From contig DATLBE010000007.1 in the NCBI GenBank assembly GCA_035527075.1, positions 463 through 64,462 on the forward strand: a DNA stretch of 64,000 nucleotides, given 5' to 3'. Shown piece by piece: positions 1-8,685 of the stretch (position 1 is the stretch's first letter; each line of letters begins with the position of its first letter). Source of the DNA: Nevskiaceae bacterium. GTDB lineage: Bacteria > Patescibacteriota > Microgenomatia > PFEM01. Both the position numbers and the translations under genes were made by a program. Below the pieces are notes generated by a model. It was not told where the DNA came from. It did not search any database and saw only the letters and a list, made by a program, of their open reading frames with translations.

Positions 1-274
1 ATGCTCCCAAAGATACAGCCAGCCCAATGGCGGAATAAAAGATAGTCTTTTTTGATTTTTCCAAATATTCGGGATTACCGGAACTGGTAATATATCCCAC
101 TCCTCCCCAGACAAAGAAAAGGGCGGCTAAAATCCCGGCCAAGGTAACCAAAATCTCTATGGTGTTCATCATAAAATTTTGGACTTTGGAAACATCATCG
201 GGTTGGGCATAAACTTGTGAAGCAAAAATCATGGCAGTCAAAACGAAAGATTGCAGCGTCAGAAAGATTCTCAT
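1..274 (-). CDS. TrbC/VirB2-type (T4SS) pilin, CPR type; runs off window start; not in ORF track
   Basis: Manual translation from ATG 274: MRIFLTLQSFVLTAMIFASQVYAQPDDVSKVQNFMMNTIEILVTLAGILAALFFVWGGVGYITSSGNPEYLEKSKKTIFYSAIGLAVSLGA...; signal peptide plus GGxxYITSSGNPExLEKxK motif typical of CPR pilins; SD GGAGG at 281-285. Confidence 0.85.
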   Translation of the reverse strand, partial: MRIFLTLQSFVLTAMIFASQVYAQPDDVSKVQNFMMNTIEILVTLAGILAALFFVWGGVGYITSSGNPEYLEKSKKTIFYSAIGLAVSLGA

Positions 275-310
275 AACTCACCTCCTTCCCTTTACCAGCA
301 GGCAGGAGAT

Positions 311-335
311 AAATAAAAACTGCCCTTTCGGGCAG
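311..335 (-). terminator. Rho-independent terminator-like hairpin upstream of pilin
   Basis: ctgccc-tttc-gggcag stem (320-335) followed by T-run on minus strand. Confidence 0.55.
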
Positions 336-442
336 CCAAACACTGAATTTCAATTATCTAGATTAAAACAAATTATAAAGTAAAAGTCAAATTTAACCCT
401 TGATATCATTGTAATAATTTAGGTTGAAATGTAAACTTAAAA

Positions 443-1402
443 TTGAAATGGTATAATTTAGTTAGTGTGGACGATATCTTTTTGCTTCTATTTCTACTCT
501 CACCAGTTCCTCTAGTAATTAGCTTAATCAAGCCAAGCATTTTCTCTCGATATTTTAAAAGAGACTTATCACGCAAAAAGCTCAGCTTATTCTTTGGCGG
601 CGCAACTGTTCTTTTCTTTGTCCTTTTTTGTTTGACTATTGAAACTACTCCTCGAGAACAAGTACTTCAAGCAGAAAACAGTAAACAGGAAAGTCAAACA
701 GTAGCAGGAGAATCAATAGAAGAAACACATCCATCATTAGTAGAGCAACCAACCACTTCAAACGTGGAAGTAGCAATAGTTACTAGGGTCATTGATGGAG
801 ACACAATTGAAATCGAAGGAGGTCAAGAAGTTCGCTATATAGGCATCGATACCCCTGAAACTGTTCATCCCAGCAATCCAGTTGAGTGTTATGGCAAAGA
901 AGCTTCTCAAAAAAACAAAGAATTAGTTGAAGGGAAAGAAGTTAAACTAGAAAAAGATGTTTCAGAAACAGACAAATATGGTAGGCTTTTAAGGTATGTT
1001 TGGCTTGGTGATATGTTTGTGAACGAATACCTTGTAAAAGAGGGCTATGCCCAGTCAAGCAGCTATCCCCCTGATGTTAGATACCAAGACCGATTTTTGG
1101 AAGCTCAAAGAAAAGCAAGAGAGGAAAAGAAAGGATTGTGGGGAGATATTTGCAATCCCTCTCAACAAATTCAAACATCACCCCAGGTTACTCCAAAAAC
1201 AACTCCATCAGCTCCCACTAATGCAACCCCGCCTACTCAGCAATCCACTAATCAAACATCAGAAAGTTACACTTGTGATTGTTCAAAAACTTGTCCTCAA
1301 ATGTCATCTTGTGCAGAAGCTCAATATCAACTAAATGTTTGTGGTTGTACTAGAAGAGATGGAGATGAAGATGGTATTGCCTGCGATGCTGACTGCCAAT
1401 AG
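443..1402 (+). CDS. Membrane-anchored thermonuclease (SNase fold) with Cys-rich excalibur-like C-terminus
   Basis: VIDGDTI, VRYIGIDTPE, DKYGRLLRYV motifs; N-terminal TM helices; C-terminal CSKTC...DGDEDGIAC; GTG at 467 is an alternative start. Confidence 0.9.
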   Translation: MKWYNLVSVDDIFLLLFLLSPVPLVISLIKPSIFSRYFKRDLSRKKLSLFFGGATVLFFVLFCLTIETTPREQVLQAENSKQESQTVAGESIEETHPSLVEQPTTSNVEVAIVTRVIDGDTIEIEGGQEVRYIGIDTPETVHPSNPVECYGKEASQKNKELVEGKEVKLEKDVSETDKYGRLLRYVWLGDMFVNEYLVKEGYAQSSSYPPDVRYQDRFLEAQRKAREEKKGLWGDICNPSQQIQTSPQVTPKTTPSAPTNATPPTQQSTNQTSESYTCDCSKTCPQMSSCAEAQYQLNVCGCTRRDGDEDGIACDADCQ

Positions 1403-1553
1403 GGGCGACGAACATAGCAAGATCCTAGACTTTCGAAAAAGCCGGAAGTATCTACTACGCCGTCTACTTGATAGAAGAGAATAAGGAGTTTTTCAAAAAG
1501 TATCTCAAGAAGGCAAAAATGAAAGTAAAGTTTGTTAGATCGAAAAAACAAAT

Positions 1554-2654
1554 ATGAAAAAATTGCGGACAGGAAAAACAAAAAGTATTTTACTCAGTTC
1601 TGTTGACTCGGCACTACTAGCAGTTGAAGTGTACAACAAGCCTAGAACAACCTTTCGACAACAAAACTATATAACTTTAATGGTGATGGCTTGGACAAGG
1701 TTGCTTCAGTCATATTTTTACCAGGAGATAGGTGATAAATATTACTACAAAAAAAAGAATGGCAGATACGAGAGGATTAATGGCGAGAGAAAGGCCTGGG
1801 ATTTAGCAAAGTGCGTTAAGGAGTTTAACAAACTCAAATCTGATAAGCTCTCGAACGGAGTCCGTGCAAACCTCAAATTTATTATTGGATTAAGACATAA
1901 AATTGAACACCGTTATGTTTCATCAAAGGAACTTGAAGCAAGTGTGTTTGGAGAATGTCAGGCCTGTCTCTACAACTATGAGAATTTGTTGGTTGATCTT
2001 TATGGAGGCGATTACGCATTGAACGAGGCTCTCTCCTTTTCCTTACAATTTTCTCAGTTCAGAACAGAGGAACAACAGAGAGCCAGTAAAACATTATTGT
2101 CTAAAGACATTAAAGCAATAAAACAGTATGTTGACAAATTTAGAACCAGTCTTGACGATAACGTTTTCAACTCTCAAGAATACAGCATCAAACTAATTCA
2201 GATACCGAAAATTAGTAATACAAACAGATCAGATTTGGCTATAGAGTTTGTTCGTTGGGATGAACTAAACGAAGAAGATCGAAAAAACTACCAGAAAGTG
2301 ACAACAATAATCAAAGATAAAGTTGTGAAGAGAGATGTTATAAGTGCTGGAAAACTACTCCCATCTGCTGTTTTAAACGAAATAAAAAAGAACACTAAAA
2401 AGTCATTGACTCACTACGACCACAAATGCCTTTATTTTATTTTCGATATTCGTCCGGTTAGCGGAGAAGACAAAGATCCCGTCGATACTGAAACTGAATA
2501 TTGTTTATATGATGAAGTACATAAAGACTACCTTTATGAGGATAAATGGGTAGACTTTCTCTCACAACTGATCGCTGGCATGAAGTTAACAAGAAAAAAG
2601 TGGAAAAAATACTATAGGGAAAGAAAAAAATTAGATATTTCTAATTATAAATGA
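1554..2654 (+). CDS. DUF3644-like protein with HEPN-type RxxxxH motif
   Basis: SALLAVEVYNKP...AWT N-terminus recalled as typical of DUF3644; RHKIEH motif. Confidence 0.7.
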   Translation: MKKLRTGKTKSILLSSVDSALLAVEVYNKPRTTFRQQNYITLMVMAWTRLLQSYFYQEIGDKYYYKKKNGRYERINGERKAWDLAKCVKEFNKLKSDKLSNGVRANLKFIIGLRHKIEHRYVSSKELEASVFGECQACLYNYENLLVDLYGGDYALNEALSFSLQFSQFRTEEQQRASKTLLSKDIKAIKQYVDKFRTSLDDNVFNSQEYSIKLIQIPKISNTNRSDLAIEFVRWDELNEEDRKNYQKVTTIIKDKVVKRDVISAGKLLPSAVLNEIKKNTKKSLTHYDHKCLYFIFDIRPVSGEDKDPVDTETEYCLYDEVHKDYLYEDKWVDFLSQLIAGMKLTRKKWKKYYRERKKLDISNYK

Positions 2655-2734
2655 CCTCTTTTTTATACTGTCTCATTTGTCTCATTTAGCCTAAAATGAT
2701 ATACTCAGAATGGTCGAGTTATAGGGACTAACAG

Positions 2735-2758
2735 GTCCCAGACCGACCTGCTCAGCAA
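2735..2758 (-). repeat. Left-arm junction copy (ttg-ctg core)
   Basis: agaccgacctgctcag (2740-2755) matches agactgacctgcttag (3490-3505) at 14/16; intergenic. Confidence 0.55.
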
Positions 2759-2761
2759 GGT

Positions 2762-3457
2762 ATGAAAATCTCTACAGTCTCGGCATTGATGAATTCGCGG
2801 ATATTTATTAGCGAGTGGGTGCAGATTTGCTCAACACTTTTCTTGGGAGCAATGGCCATTTATGCTCCGTATATAGCTGAAAAACTTAAACGTAAGTATT
2901 TCCAACCAGGATTAAGAATCAAATTTAAGTTGGCAACTCCAGGCTGTCATCAAACACGGAGGGTTGGGAAAAACTCAGACTTTCCTGTCTATTATTTTAG
3001 ATTCTTAGTCGAAAATTTTGGCAAAACCCAAGCTGAAGAGTGTGAAGTTTTTTTAGAAAAGATTTTTAAAGAGAACGGTGCGGGTGAGATGGTAGAAAAT
3101 AAAAAAATTTCACCTGTAAATTTAAAATGGTCGGGAATAAGAGATCCGTATAAAAGAACTATTCAACCAGAAAAAGAAATGTACTGCGACCTAGGTAAAG
3201 TTCAACACCCAGATGATTATTATCAATTTATATATAAAGGGTTTTCTAAGAGAGATGAGGCAACTAATAAGTTTATCCTTGAACTTCCCGAAAAGTACTA
3301 TTCGCAGCAAGACTGCTTAACTCCAGGAAAATATAAGATAAAAATATCTGTTTATAGCAATAATGCTAAAAAAGTTTCCCGCCAATTTTTATTGTCGTGG
3401 ACTGGAAAGTGGAAAGATGAAGAGTCGGATATGTTTAATGAATTGGTCATCAGTTAA
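2762..3457 (+). CDS. Hypothetical protein with N-terminal TM helix
   Basis: 231-aa ORF, hydrophobic N-terminus then beta-rich domain. Confidence 0.75.
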   Translation: MKISTVSALMNSRIFISEWVQICSTLFLGAMAIYAPYIAEKLKRKYFQPGLRIKFKLATPGCHQTRRVGKNSDFPVYYFRFLVENFGKTQAEECEVFLEKIFKENGAGEMVENKKISPVNLKWSGIRDPYKRTIQPEKEMYCDLGKVQHPDDYYQFIYKGFSKRDEATNKFILELPEKYYSQQDCLTPGKYKIKISVYSNNAKKVSRQFLLSWTGKWKDEESDMFNELVIS

Positions 3458-3483
3458 GCAGAGAATAATTTATAAGATTCAAA

Positions 3484-3507
3484 AGTTCTAGACTGACCTG
3501 CTTAGTA
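3484..3507 (-). repeat. Left-arm junction copy
   Basis: agttctagactgacctgcttagta, related to 2735-2758. Confidence 0.55.
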
Positions 3508-3585
3508 CCGCGCAACTCAGAGAAAATAAACTATGGGAGTAAATAACTAACCTTACCATTTACCCCAAAGGCATACCTAGAGAAA

Positions 3586-3963
3586 ATGTCGAAAAAAATT
3601 CCACAAAGATATTACTTAAAGCCCTACCTTCTCTTTCTATTTAAGGAGATCCCCGGCATAATCCAAATATTTTCCCTACCTACAATATTTGGAATATTAT
3701 TAAATCGCCCTTGGTGGGCTTATTTAGTGGGTTGTTTAACGGGTTTCTTTTTGGGCAGTTATTTAATTGCAAGGACTCTTGTTTATTTGTGTAACTTAAT
3801 GGTTACTAGAGACCCATTTTTAAATATAAAAATTAATTCCCGGGAAGAATTCATAGAATATGTTAAGTGGTGGATAGTCTATATTTTAATAACTGGCCTC
3901 TTTTTTGCTCTGCTAAGCGCTGTGACTATTCTCCAGATAAACTATAATTTTTCTAGGAATTGA
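3586..3963 (+). CDS. Hypothetical membrane protein
   Basis: 125 aa, about 3 hydrophobic segments. Confidence 0.7.
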   Translation: MSKKIPQRYYLKPYLLFLFKEIPGIIQIFSLPTIFGILLNRPWWAYLVGCLTGFFLGSYLIARTLVYLCNLMVTRDPFLNIKINSREEFIEYVKWWIVYILITGLFFALLSAVTILQINYNFSRN

Positions 3964-3972
3964 TAACAAATT

Positions 3973-4017
3973 CTATTTTATAAAAAAGGTTCGAACTCTG
4001 TCCACGGTTCGCAGCAA
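3973..4017 (-). repeat. Inverted junction/tail LLRTVDRVRTFFIK*
   Basis: Minus strand ttgctgcgaaccgtggacagagttcgaacc aligns with ctccccatcgtggacgaagttcgaact copies. Confidence 0.75.
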
Positions 4018-4203
4018 GCTTGAGCACCCCAAGTGACCGAGATCTCTTAAAAAAACTGATAATCCTTGCAAATCTCGCTGTTTTCTCTTCGAAGATTCGA
4101 ACCAGCTATTTTCTCTAAAATAAGTTTCAACGTAGTTTACTAAACCCTGCAAAATATCTTATAACATTGATAATCTGCCTCTAAGTTGATAAAATATTGA
4201 TGT

Positions 4204-4806
4204 ATGATAGAGGGACCAAGGCGACCAAGGACAATCGATTTTACAGACGAAAGCAAGACTTATGTTAAGGTAAGAGACTTAACTTTTGAGATTGAACATT
4301 CGCCTTGGGGTTCTATAGAAGAATATGGGGTTGAGGGTGTTTACTCTCTTGCATGGAAATTAAAAGATGTTGATGAAACAGTAATGGATGGGGCTTTGAT
4401 TACAATTGAATCTGGTTGTCGAACTCTTATTCAACATGTCGTGTCAGAAACAACTTTTTGCGAAGTCCCTCAGACAGGCATATTAACTTTTTTGGCTGTT
4501 GATCCTGAGGGAAATCTCCACATCCATCATTTTGATTCGCAAGAAGAAGATGCTAGTAGCTACATGATGGAAGTTAAAAAAGGCTGGACAATGTGTTGGT
4601 TCGCCTCTAAAAATCAAATTATACCAGCTCACGTATTAGAGCTTAGAGAACCAGGATTTAAAACGTCAGAGTTAGCTACGGTTGAATTTGGTGTGGCGGA
4701 ATTCAATGGGCACCCAATTCCACCAAAACTATGGGAAACTATAAAGCGTCTAATGGAGGAAGACTACGATCCTAAACTACTGTGGGACTGGGTTCGAAAA
4801 TCGTGA
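4204..4806 (+). CDS. Hypothetical protein, possibly cupin-like
   Basis: 200-aa ORF, beta-strand pattern; -10 box TGATAAAAT just upstream. Confidence 0.65.
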   Translation: MIEGPRRPRTIDFTDESKTYVKVRDLTFEIEHSPWGSIEEYGVEGVYSLAWKLKDVDETVMDGALITIESGCRTLIQHVVSETTFCEVPQTGILTFLAVDPEGNLHIHHFDSQEEDASSYMMEVKKGWTMCWFASKNQIIPAHVLELREPGFKTSELATVEFGVAEFNGHPIPPKLWETIKRLMEEDYDPKLLWDWVRKS

Positions 4807-4820
4807 GCTAGCCTCTGCAA
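4791..4820 (-). repeat. Inverted junction/tail LQRLAHDFRT
   Basis: Contains acgattttcgaac (minus strand) identical to 11369-11381 (plus strand); same 10-codon spacing to RT. Confidence 0.6.
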
Positions 4821-4915
4821 ATAAGAAGTACTAACAAAGTTCACTAGCCCCCCTTTCAATGTTTGCCATAAACGAACTTTATCACTTTGCGAAAAAAATG
4901 TTAAATCACGGGCAT

Positions 4916-5044
4916 GTTATATTAAATGCCAACTAGCTCGAACGATGGTATGTTTTCCGACGAATTGACTGGGTAACTGAGCTTGAATATCCAGAGTTTA
5001 CATCAAAGCAAGTAAATTCTTTTTTAGAGATACAATTAGAGTAA
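4916..5044 (+). repeat. Junction + tail LERWYVFRRIDWVTELEYPEFTSKQVNSFLEIQLE*
   Basis: gttatattaa-atgccaac-tagctc followed by an open start-less frame ending 3 nt from the tspO stop. Confidence 0.75.
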
Positions 5045-5047
5045 TTT

Positions 5048-5524
5048 TTATAACTCTAGTAACCTGACGATAAAAAGATTAAGAATCGCCGCAAAGCTGA
5101 CCCACAAAATATAAGGAATGAGCAACAACCCAGCAATTCTAGAAATTTTATAAAAGCTCAAAGTAGCCAGCAAGATAAAAACCCAGAGGGCAATGATTTC
5201 CAAGAAAGCATATTGGGGCAAGCGCAAGCCAAAAAAGATGATTGACCATAAGGAATTAAGAACCAGTTGAATGGCAAAGAATATCAAAGCAGTTTTGACT
5301 TCTTTCTTCCCAATCCCCTTATTCCAGATTAAATAGGCAGCAATACCCATCAAGGTATAAAGAAGAAACCAAACAGGAGCAAATAACCAATTAGGAGGGC
5401 TAAAACTTGGTTTTTCAAGCCCAGCATACCAAGAAGGGATTGCAGGAGTGGTAAATATTAACCCCACCAGGCCTGCTCCCTGGCAAATCAAAACAGCTAA
5501 AATTAAGTTAAAAATCCTTTTCAT
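5048..5524 (-). CDS. tspO: TspO/MBR tryptophan-rich sensory protein
   Basis: WYAGLEKPSFSPPNWLFAPVW, LNSLWS..FFG, LLIPYILWVSFA motifs. Confidence 0.95.
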   Translation of the reverse strand: MKRIFNLILAVLICQGAGLVGLIFTTPAIPSWYAGLEKPSFSPPNWLFAPVWFLLYTLMGIAAYLIWNKGIGKKEVKTALIFFAIQLVLNSLWSIIFFGLRLPQYAFLEIIALWVFILLATLSFYKISRIAGLLLIPYILWVSFAAILNLFIVRLLEL

Positions 5525-5765
5525 ATTTATTTTTCAAAATTTCAATCAAATCCTCTCTGTACAAACCCTCTAATTTTGGAATCAAATCTAACTCCAAATA
5601 ATCTTTAATTCCATGAACCACCCTTGGATTCACAAATTCTTCAAAATATTTTCCAGCTTCCTTAAAACCCTTCCCAAAATCCAAAAAAAATCGAGTGCTT
5701 TTGTCTTCCAACAAAATTTTATTTCCCCCAATTTCATTTATTCCTCCATAAAAAGTCAGTTTCAT
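5508..5765 (-). pseudogene. N-terminal fragment of MBL-fold metallo-hydrolase (RNase J-like)
   Basis: MKLTFYGGINEIGGNKILL...FFLDFG; ends at 85 aa, before the HxHxDH motif. Confidence 0.75.
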
Positions 5766-5860
5766 AATAAAATATTCTCAAATTCTTAAGAATATTGGAA
5801 TGTTTATATTATTTGGCGATAAATGCTTTGTCTAAAATTGACGCAAATTCTCATATCTAT

Positions 5861-5897
5861 ATTCTACCAAATCAAAAAAGTCCAGGAAACTGGGCTT
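5861..5897 (-). terminator. Terminator hairpin followed by extended -10 (TGGTAGAAT); block repeated at 9274-9313, hairpin repeated at 13221-13247
   Basis: Minus strand aagcccag-tttc-ctggactttttt then tggtagaat. Confidence 0.6.
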
Positions 5898-5904
5898 CTG
5901 AAAC

Positions 5905-5949
5905 TAACTCCCCATCGTGGACGAAGTTCGAACTAGTTTGAGTTTTTGA
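5905..5949 (+). repeat. Junction + tail LPIVDEVRTSLSF*
   Basis: ctccccatcgtggacgaagttcgaact near-identical to 8707 and 12809 copies. Confidence 0.9.
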
Positions 5950-5952
5950 TTT

Positions 5953-6495
5953 CTAAAGCCCAACTTTTGGAACATACGGCTGTAATCTATAAACCGGTAT
6001 ATTATTTTCTTTAAGCCAAGTTGTAAATTTTTCATCTATATCATCAGAAGGGCTTTCTAGGAAATTTGGTTGAACAATTAATAAAAGCTTGGCTTTTTTC
6101 ATTGTAAGAGCAAGTAGCACATATTCTGGATAAACCTCGTCAAGAATGATTAATCCTTTAAATCGAACCAAGTCAGGATAAGACAAGCCGTCATGGCCAG
6201 AAAATCTGTCTTGTCTTCTGGGTTCATGATAAGCGATTTCAATTTGATTAGCTCTCATAAAAACACAGTCAGAGAATTGTTGGTTTTCAGGTTCTGTTAA
6301 GATTTTATGCCTTAAAATTCTGCCAAAAGTTGATTTGCCAGAGGCGTTTTCATCAGCGGTAAGAACTACTACAGAACTGTTCCTTAGAAGTTCTAAAACA
6401 TCTTCAACTTCTTGAGTTCTTAAACTAAGTTTATCTTCAAGAATAGGATGGCCTAAAGAATCTCTAATAACTGGGTCGAATTCTATTTTTGGCAT
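5953..6495 (-). CDS. Small P-loop NTPase-like protein
   Basis: Walker A-like ENASGKST and Walker B-like LIILDE. Confidence 0.6.
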   Translation of the reverse strand: MPKIEFDPVIRDSLGHPILEDKLSLRTQEVEDVLELLRNSSVVVLTADENASGKSTFGRILRHKILTEPENQQFSDCVFMRANQIEIAYHEPRRQDRFSGHDGLSYPDLVRFKGLIILDEVYPEYVLLALTMKKAKLLLIVQPNFLESPSDDIDEKFTTWLKENNIPVYRLQPYVPKVGL

Positions 6496-6591
6496 ACAGA
6501 GGTATTATAGCAAAAAACTATTTAAGTTACAAGACATTTGGCTCTTAAATGCTCAGCGCCGCTTTTAAAAAAAGGAAGGAGATAATCAAGC

Positions 6592-6722
6592 AGTTATCTT
6601 AAAACCAAAATCCGTGGCTCCCTAGTCCTAGGATTAATCTAACTGAAATTATTAAGGCTTTTCAGACAGTAGCAGTAGTCGAACAAACAAAAGAAAGATT
6701 GAGGCAAATAAGAAAATTTTAA
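6592..6722 (+). repeat. Junction + tail WLPSPRINLTEIIKAFQTVAVVEQTKERLRQIRKF*
   Basis: agttatcttaa...tggctc...ttaatctaact inverted arms; tail stops 2 nt from the convergent gene stop. Confidence 0.75.
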
Positions 6723-6724
6723 GT

Positions 6725-7174
6725 TTAAGGTCTCTCGAAATAAGTTTCGATATAATCTCCCTCTTGGGCAACAACAACCATATCTGTTTTTTTATCATAA
6801 ACGCCGTGGGTTATTAAATAGTCGCCAACCCTAATCGTACCCGTATGGAAATTTAATCGAATTTTTCCCATTTCCCTATCTCCTACGGGAGAAGGTGGGT
6901 AAGCAGTATAAGTGACATTTACAAAAATACCACTGTCTTTTTTAATTTTAAAAACAAACTTCCTTGGTGTGTCCAAAAGTCCTTCTGGAGTTGTATCACC
7001 TCCACTGACTACATATCCAAAAACTGCAGTAACAACTTTATCCAACATGTTTTCCTCTTCAATAATAATCGGGAAGGGTGTGGGTTGCTCCCTAGTAATG
7101 GGAAGTTCTAAATCTTTTCTTAATTCAGGCTTCAGCTGTAAACTAGCAACCACCCCAACCACTAAAGCAAACAT
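6725..7174 (-). CDS. Hypothetical exported protein; probably starts at 7219 with an in-frame TGA at 7196-7198
   Basis: 149-aa ORF; upstream in-frame MKRNVSF*ASILVFV completes a signal anchor. Confidence 0.6.
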   Translation of the reverse strand: MFALVVGVVASLQLKPELRKDLELPITREQPTPFPIIIEEENMLDKVVTAVFGYVVSGGDTTPEGLLDTPRKFVFKIKKDSGIFVNVTYTAYPPSPVGDREMGKIRLNFHTGTIRVGDYLITHGVYDKKTDMVVVAQEGDYIETYFERP

Positions 7175-7254
7175 AACGAATACCAGAATTGAAGCTCAAA
7201 AAGAAACATTTCTTTTCATACTTTTCATTTTAACATAATGAAAACAAGGTTCGT

Positions 7255-7407
7255 GGTTAGATTAAAACAAATTAGCTCGAAGGGCGTAACCTTAATATAA
7301 CCAAGAGTTTTTCCCATATTATCAAGGTTTTTGAAGATTTCAGGTTTGTGCAGGATTTACGAGAGGAGATAGCAAAAGTAAAGCCTTGCTTAGTTTTAGC
7401 TACTTAG
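7255..7407 (+). repeat. Junction + tail LEGRNLNITKSFSHIIKVFEDFRFVQDLREEIAKVKPCLVLAT*
   Basis: About 100-bp near-identical copy at 9324, diverged copy at 12435; inverted arms ggttagattaa/ttaatataacc. Confidence 0.9.
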
Positions 7408-7444
7408 TTATCTATTTTTAGAGAGAACAAGTTGCTACCGCTCT

Positions 7445-8617
7445 TTACAAAATTTCCGTGAAATATTTTCTAATCACTTCTTTCTCTGCGTCTGAGTATC
7501 CTTTAATATATACACCCGGCATTCCAGGCACTTCCCCCTCAGCAAAGTATCCAAGCATAAACCCAGATACTTTGCCTTTTCCTTTTTCAAAAACTATCTT
7601 AAAGGCTCTCGCAAGCTCTTCTTCACTCATCCACCCCTCTTCTAAAACATCCACTATACCAGCCCCCTCTACAAAGAACCTGTCAAACACGCCAAATTCG
7701 TCAATAATAACTCCTTTGCAGCCATCCCTCTCTGCTCTGGCGAGCATATAATCTATAGCCCCTTCAACATGTTGTGAATAGCCTTCTAGTGTCAGTATGT
7801 CAGCCCACTGCAGCCGGTCCTTTGGCTCTAGACTTTCGCTTACTGGAAACAAAAGAGTAAGACCTATATAATCATATCCTGTGAACTCTCCCGGTGGCTC
7901 TTTAGCTATCCGAGCTATTGCTGTTTTATCAGGTGGTGAGCCGACTCCACCAAAGGACCAATAGATTTCACCATGATAAACTTTTTTAACTTTAGGAAGA
8001 ATCTCCTGTCCCCACTTGAAAACATCTACTGAAAGCACAGTCTGTGGCTCAGCTAGAGGAGCAAAAATTTCAACATCATGTTCTTCTGCAAATTCAGCCG
8101 CCTCAATAATCAGAGAGTTTAATTTTTCTAAATCTTTCTCTCCTAGCCTAGGCCTGGGTTTAGGGTAAAGGTTTGGGGTCAGCATAACTTTCATGTTGTT
8201 TTCTTGAGCAAGTCGAATGTTATCGAGTGCGTAAGACGTCTCTAAACGAACAACTGGATTGCCCTCCTCTTGAATAATTCCAATTGCTAAGGATGCAGTG
8301 TTCATTCCCAGGTCCTTCATCACCGGCATAATAGAAGCCAACCCACCCTTATCCAGCGCAGGCATCCAAGCTCCTTTGTAAATCACCTCTTTGGTAGCAA
8401 AAAAGTTTTTCCAAACAAAAAATCCTCCTATACCTAAGCCAATTAGAACTAATGAAATAATTAAAATCTTTATTATCAATCTCTTTTTGGGGTTTTTGGG
8501 TAGAGTTAGTTTGGGGGGTGTTTGGGGGATAATAGAGGGTTGTGGGTTTTGAGAAATATTCTTAACTTCAGGTTGTGTTTTCTGTGTGGTGGGAGCTTGT
8601 GGGATATTGACTTCCAT
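7445..8617 (-). CDS. Membrane-anchored glycoside-hydrolase-like TIM-barrel protein
   Basis: Pro/Gln-rich N-terminus, TM helix, KVMLTP, AEP and IIDEFG candidate catalytic Glu motifs as in clan GH-A enzymes. Confidence 0.6.
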   Translation of the reverse strand: MEVNIPQAPTTQKTQPEVKNISQNPQPSIIPQTPPKLTLPKNPKKRLIIKILIISLVLIGLGIGGFFVWKNFFATKEVIYKGAWMPALDKGGLASIMPVMKDLGMNTASLAIGIIQEEGNPVVRLETSYALDNIRLAQENNMKVMLTPNLYPKPRPRLGEKDLEKLNSLIIEAAEFAEEHDVEIFAPLAEPQTVLSVDVFKWGQEILPKVKKVYHGEIYWSFGGVGSPPDKTAIARIAKEPPGEFTGYDYIGLTLLFPVSESLEPKDRLQWADILTLEGYSQHVEGAIDYMLARAERDGCKGVIIDEFGVFDRFFVEGAGIVDVLEEGWMSEEELARAFKIVFEKGKGKVSGFMLGYFAEGEVPGMPGVYIKGYSDAEKEVIRKYFTEIL

Positions 8618-8685
8618 TAATTAAATTATAACATATTAGAATCCAGAACACGGAAAGTTCTAATAAAAACAAGTCAGCGAGGGGA

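Noticed and set aside
6519-6568. Additional weak junction candidates (tggctc at 6539; also 1411-1421, 4074-4103, 13846-13875)
   Set aside because: Each has only one of core, arm or RT motif; not distinguishable from chance without a profile score
7228-7265. dif/pdif (XerCD) sites suggested by tttaacataa and ttatattaaat
   Set aside because: Only a XerD-like arm, with no XerC arm at 6-bp spacing; the 7228 match doubles as a -10 box
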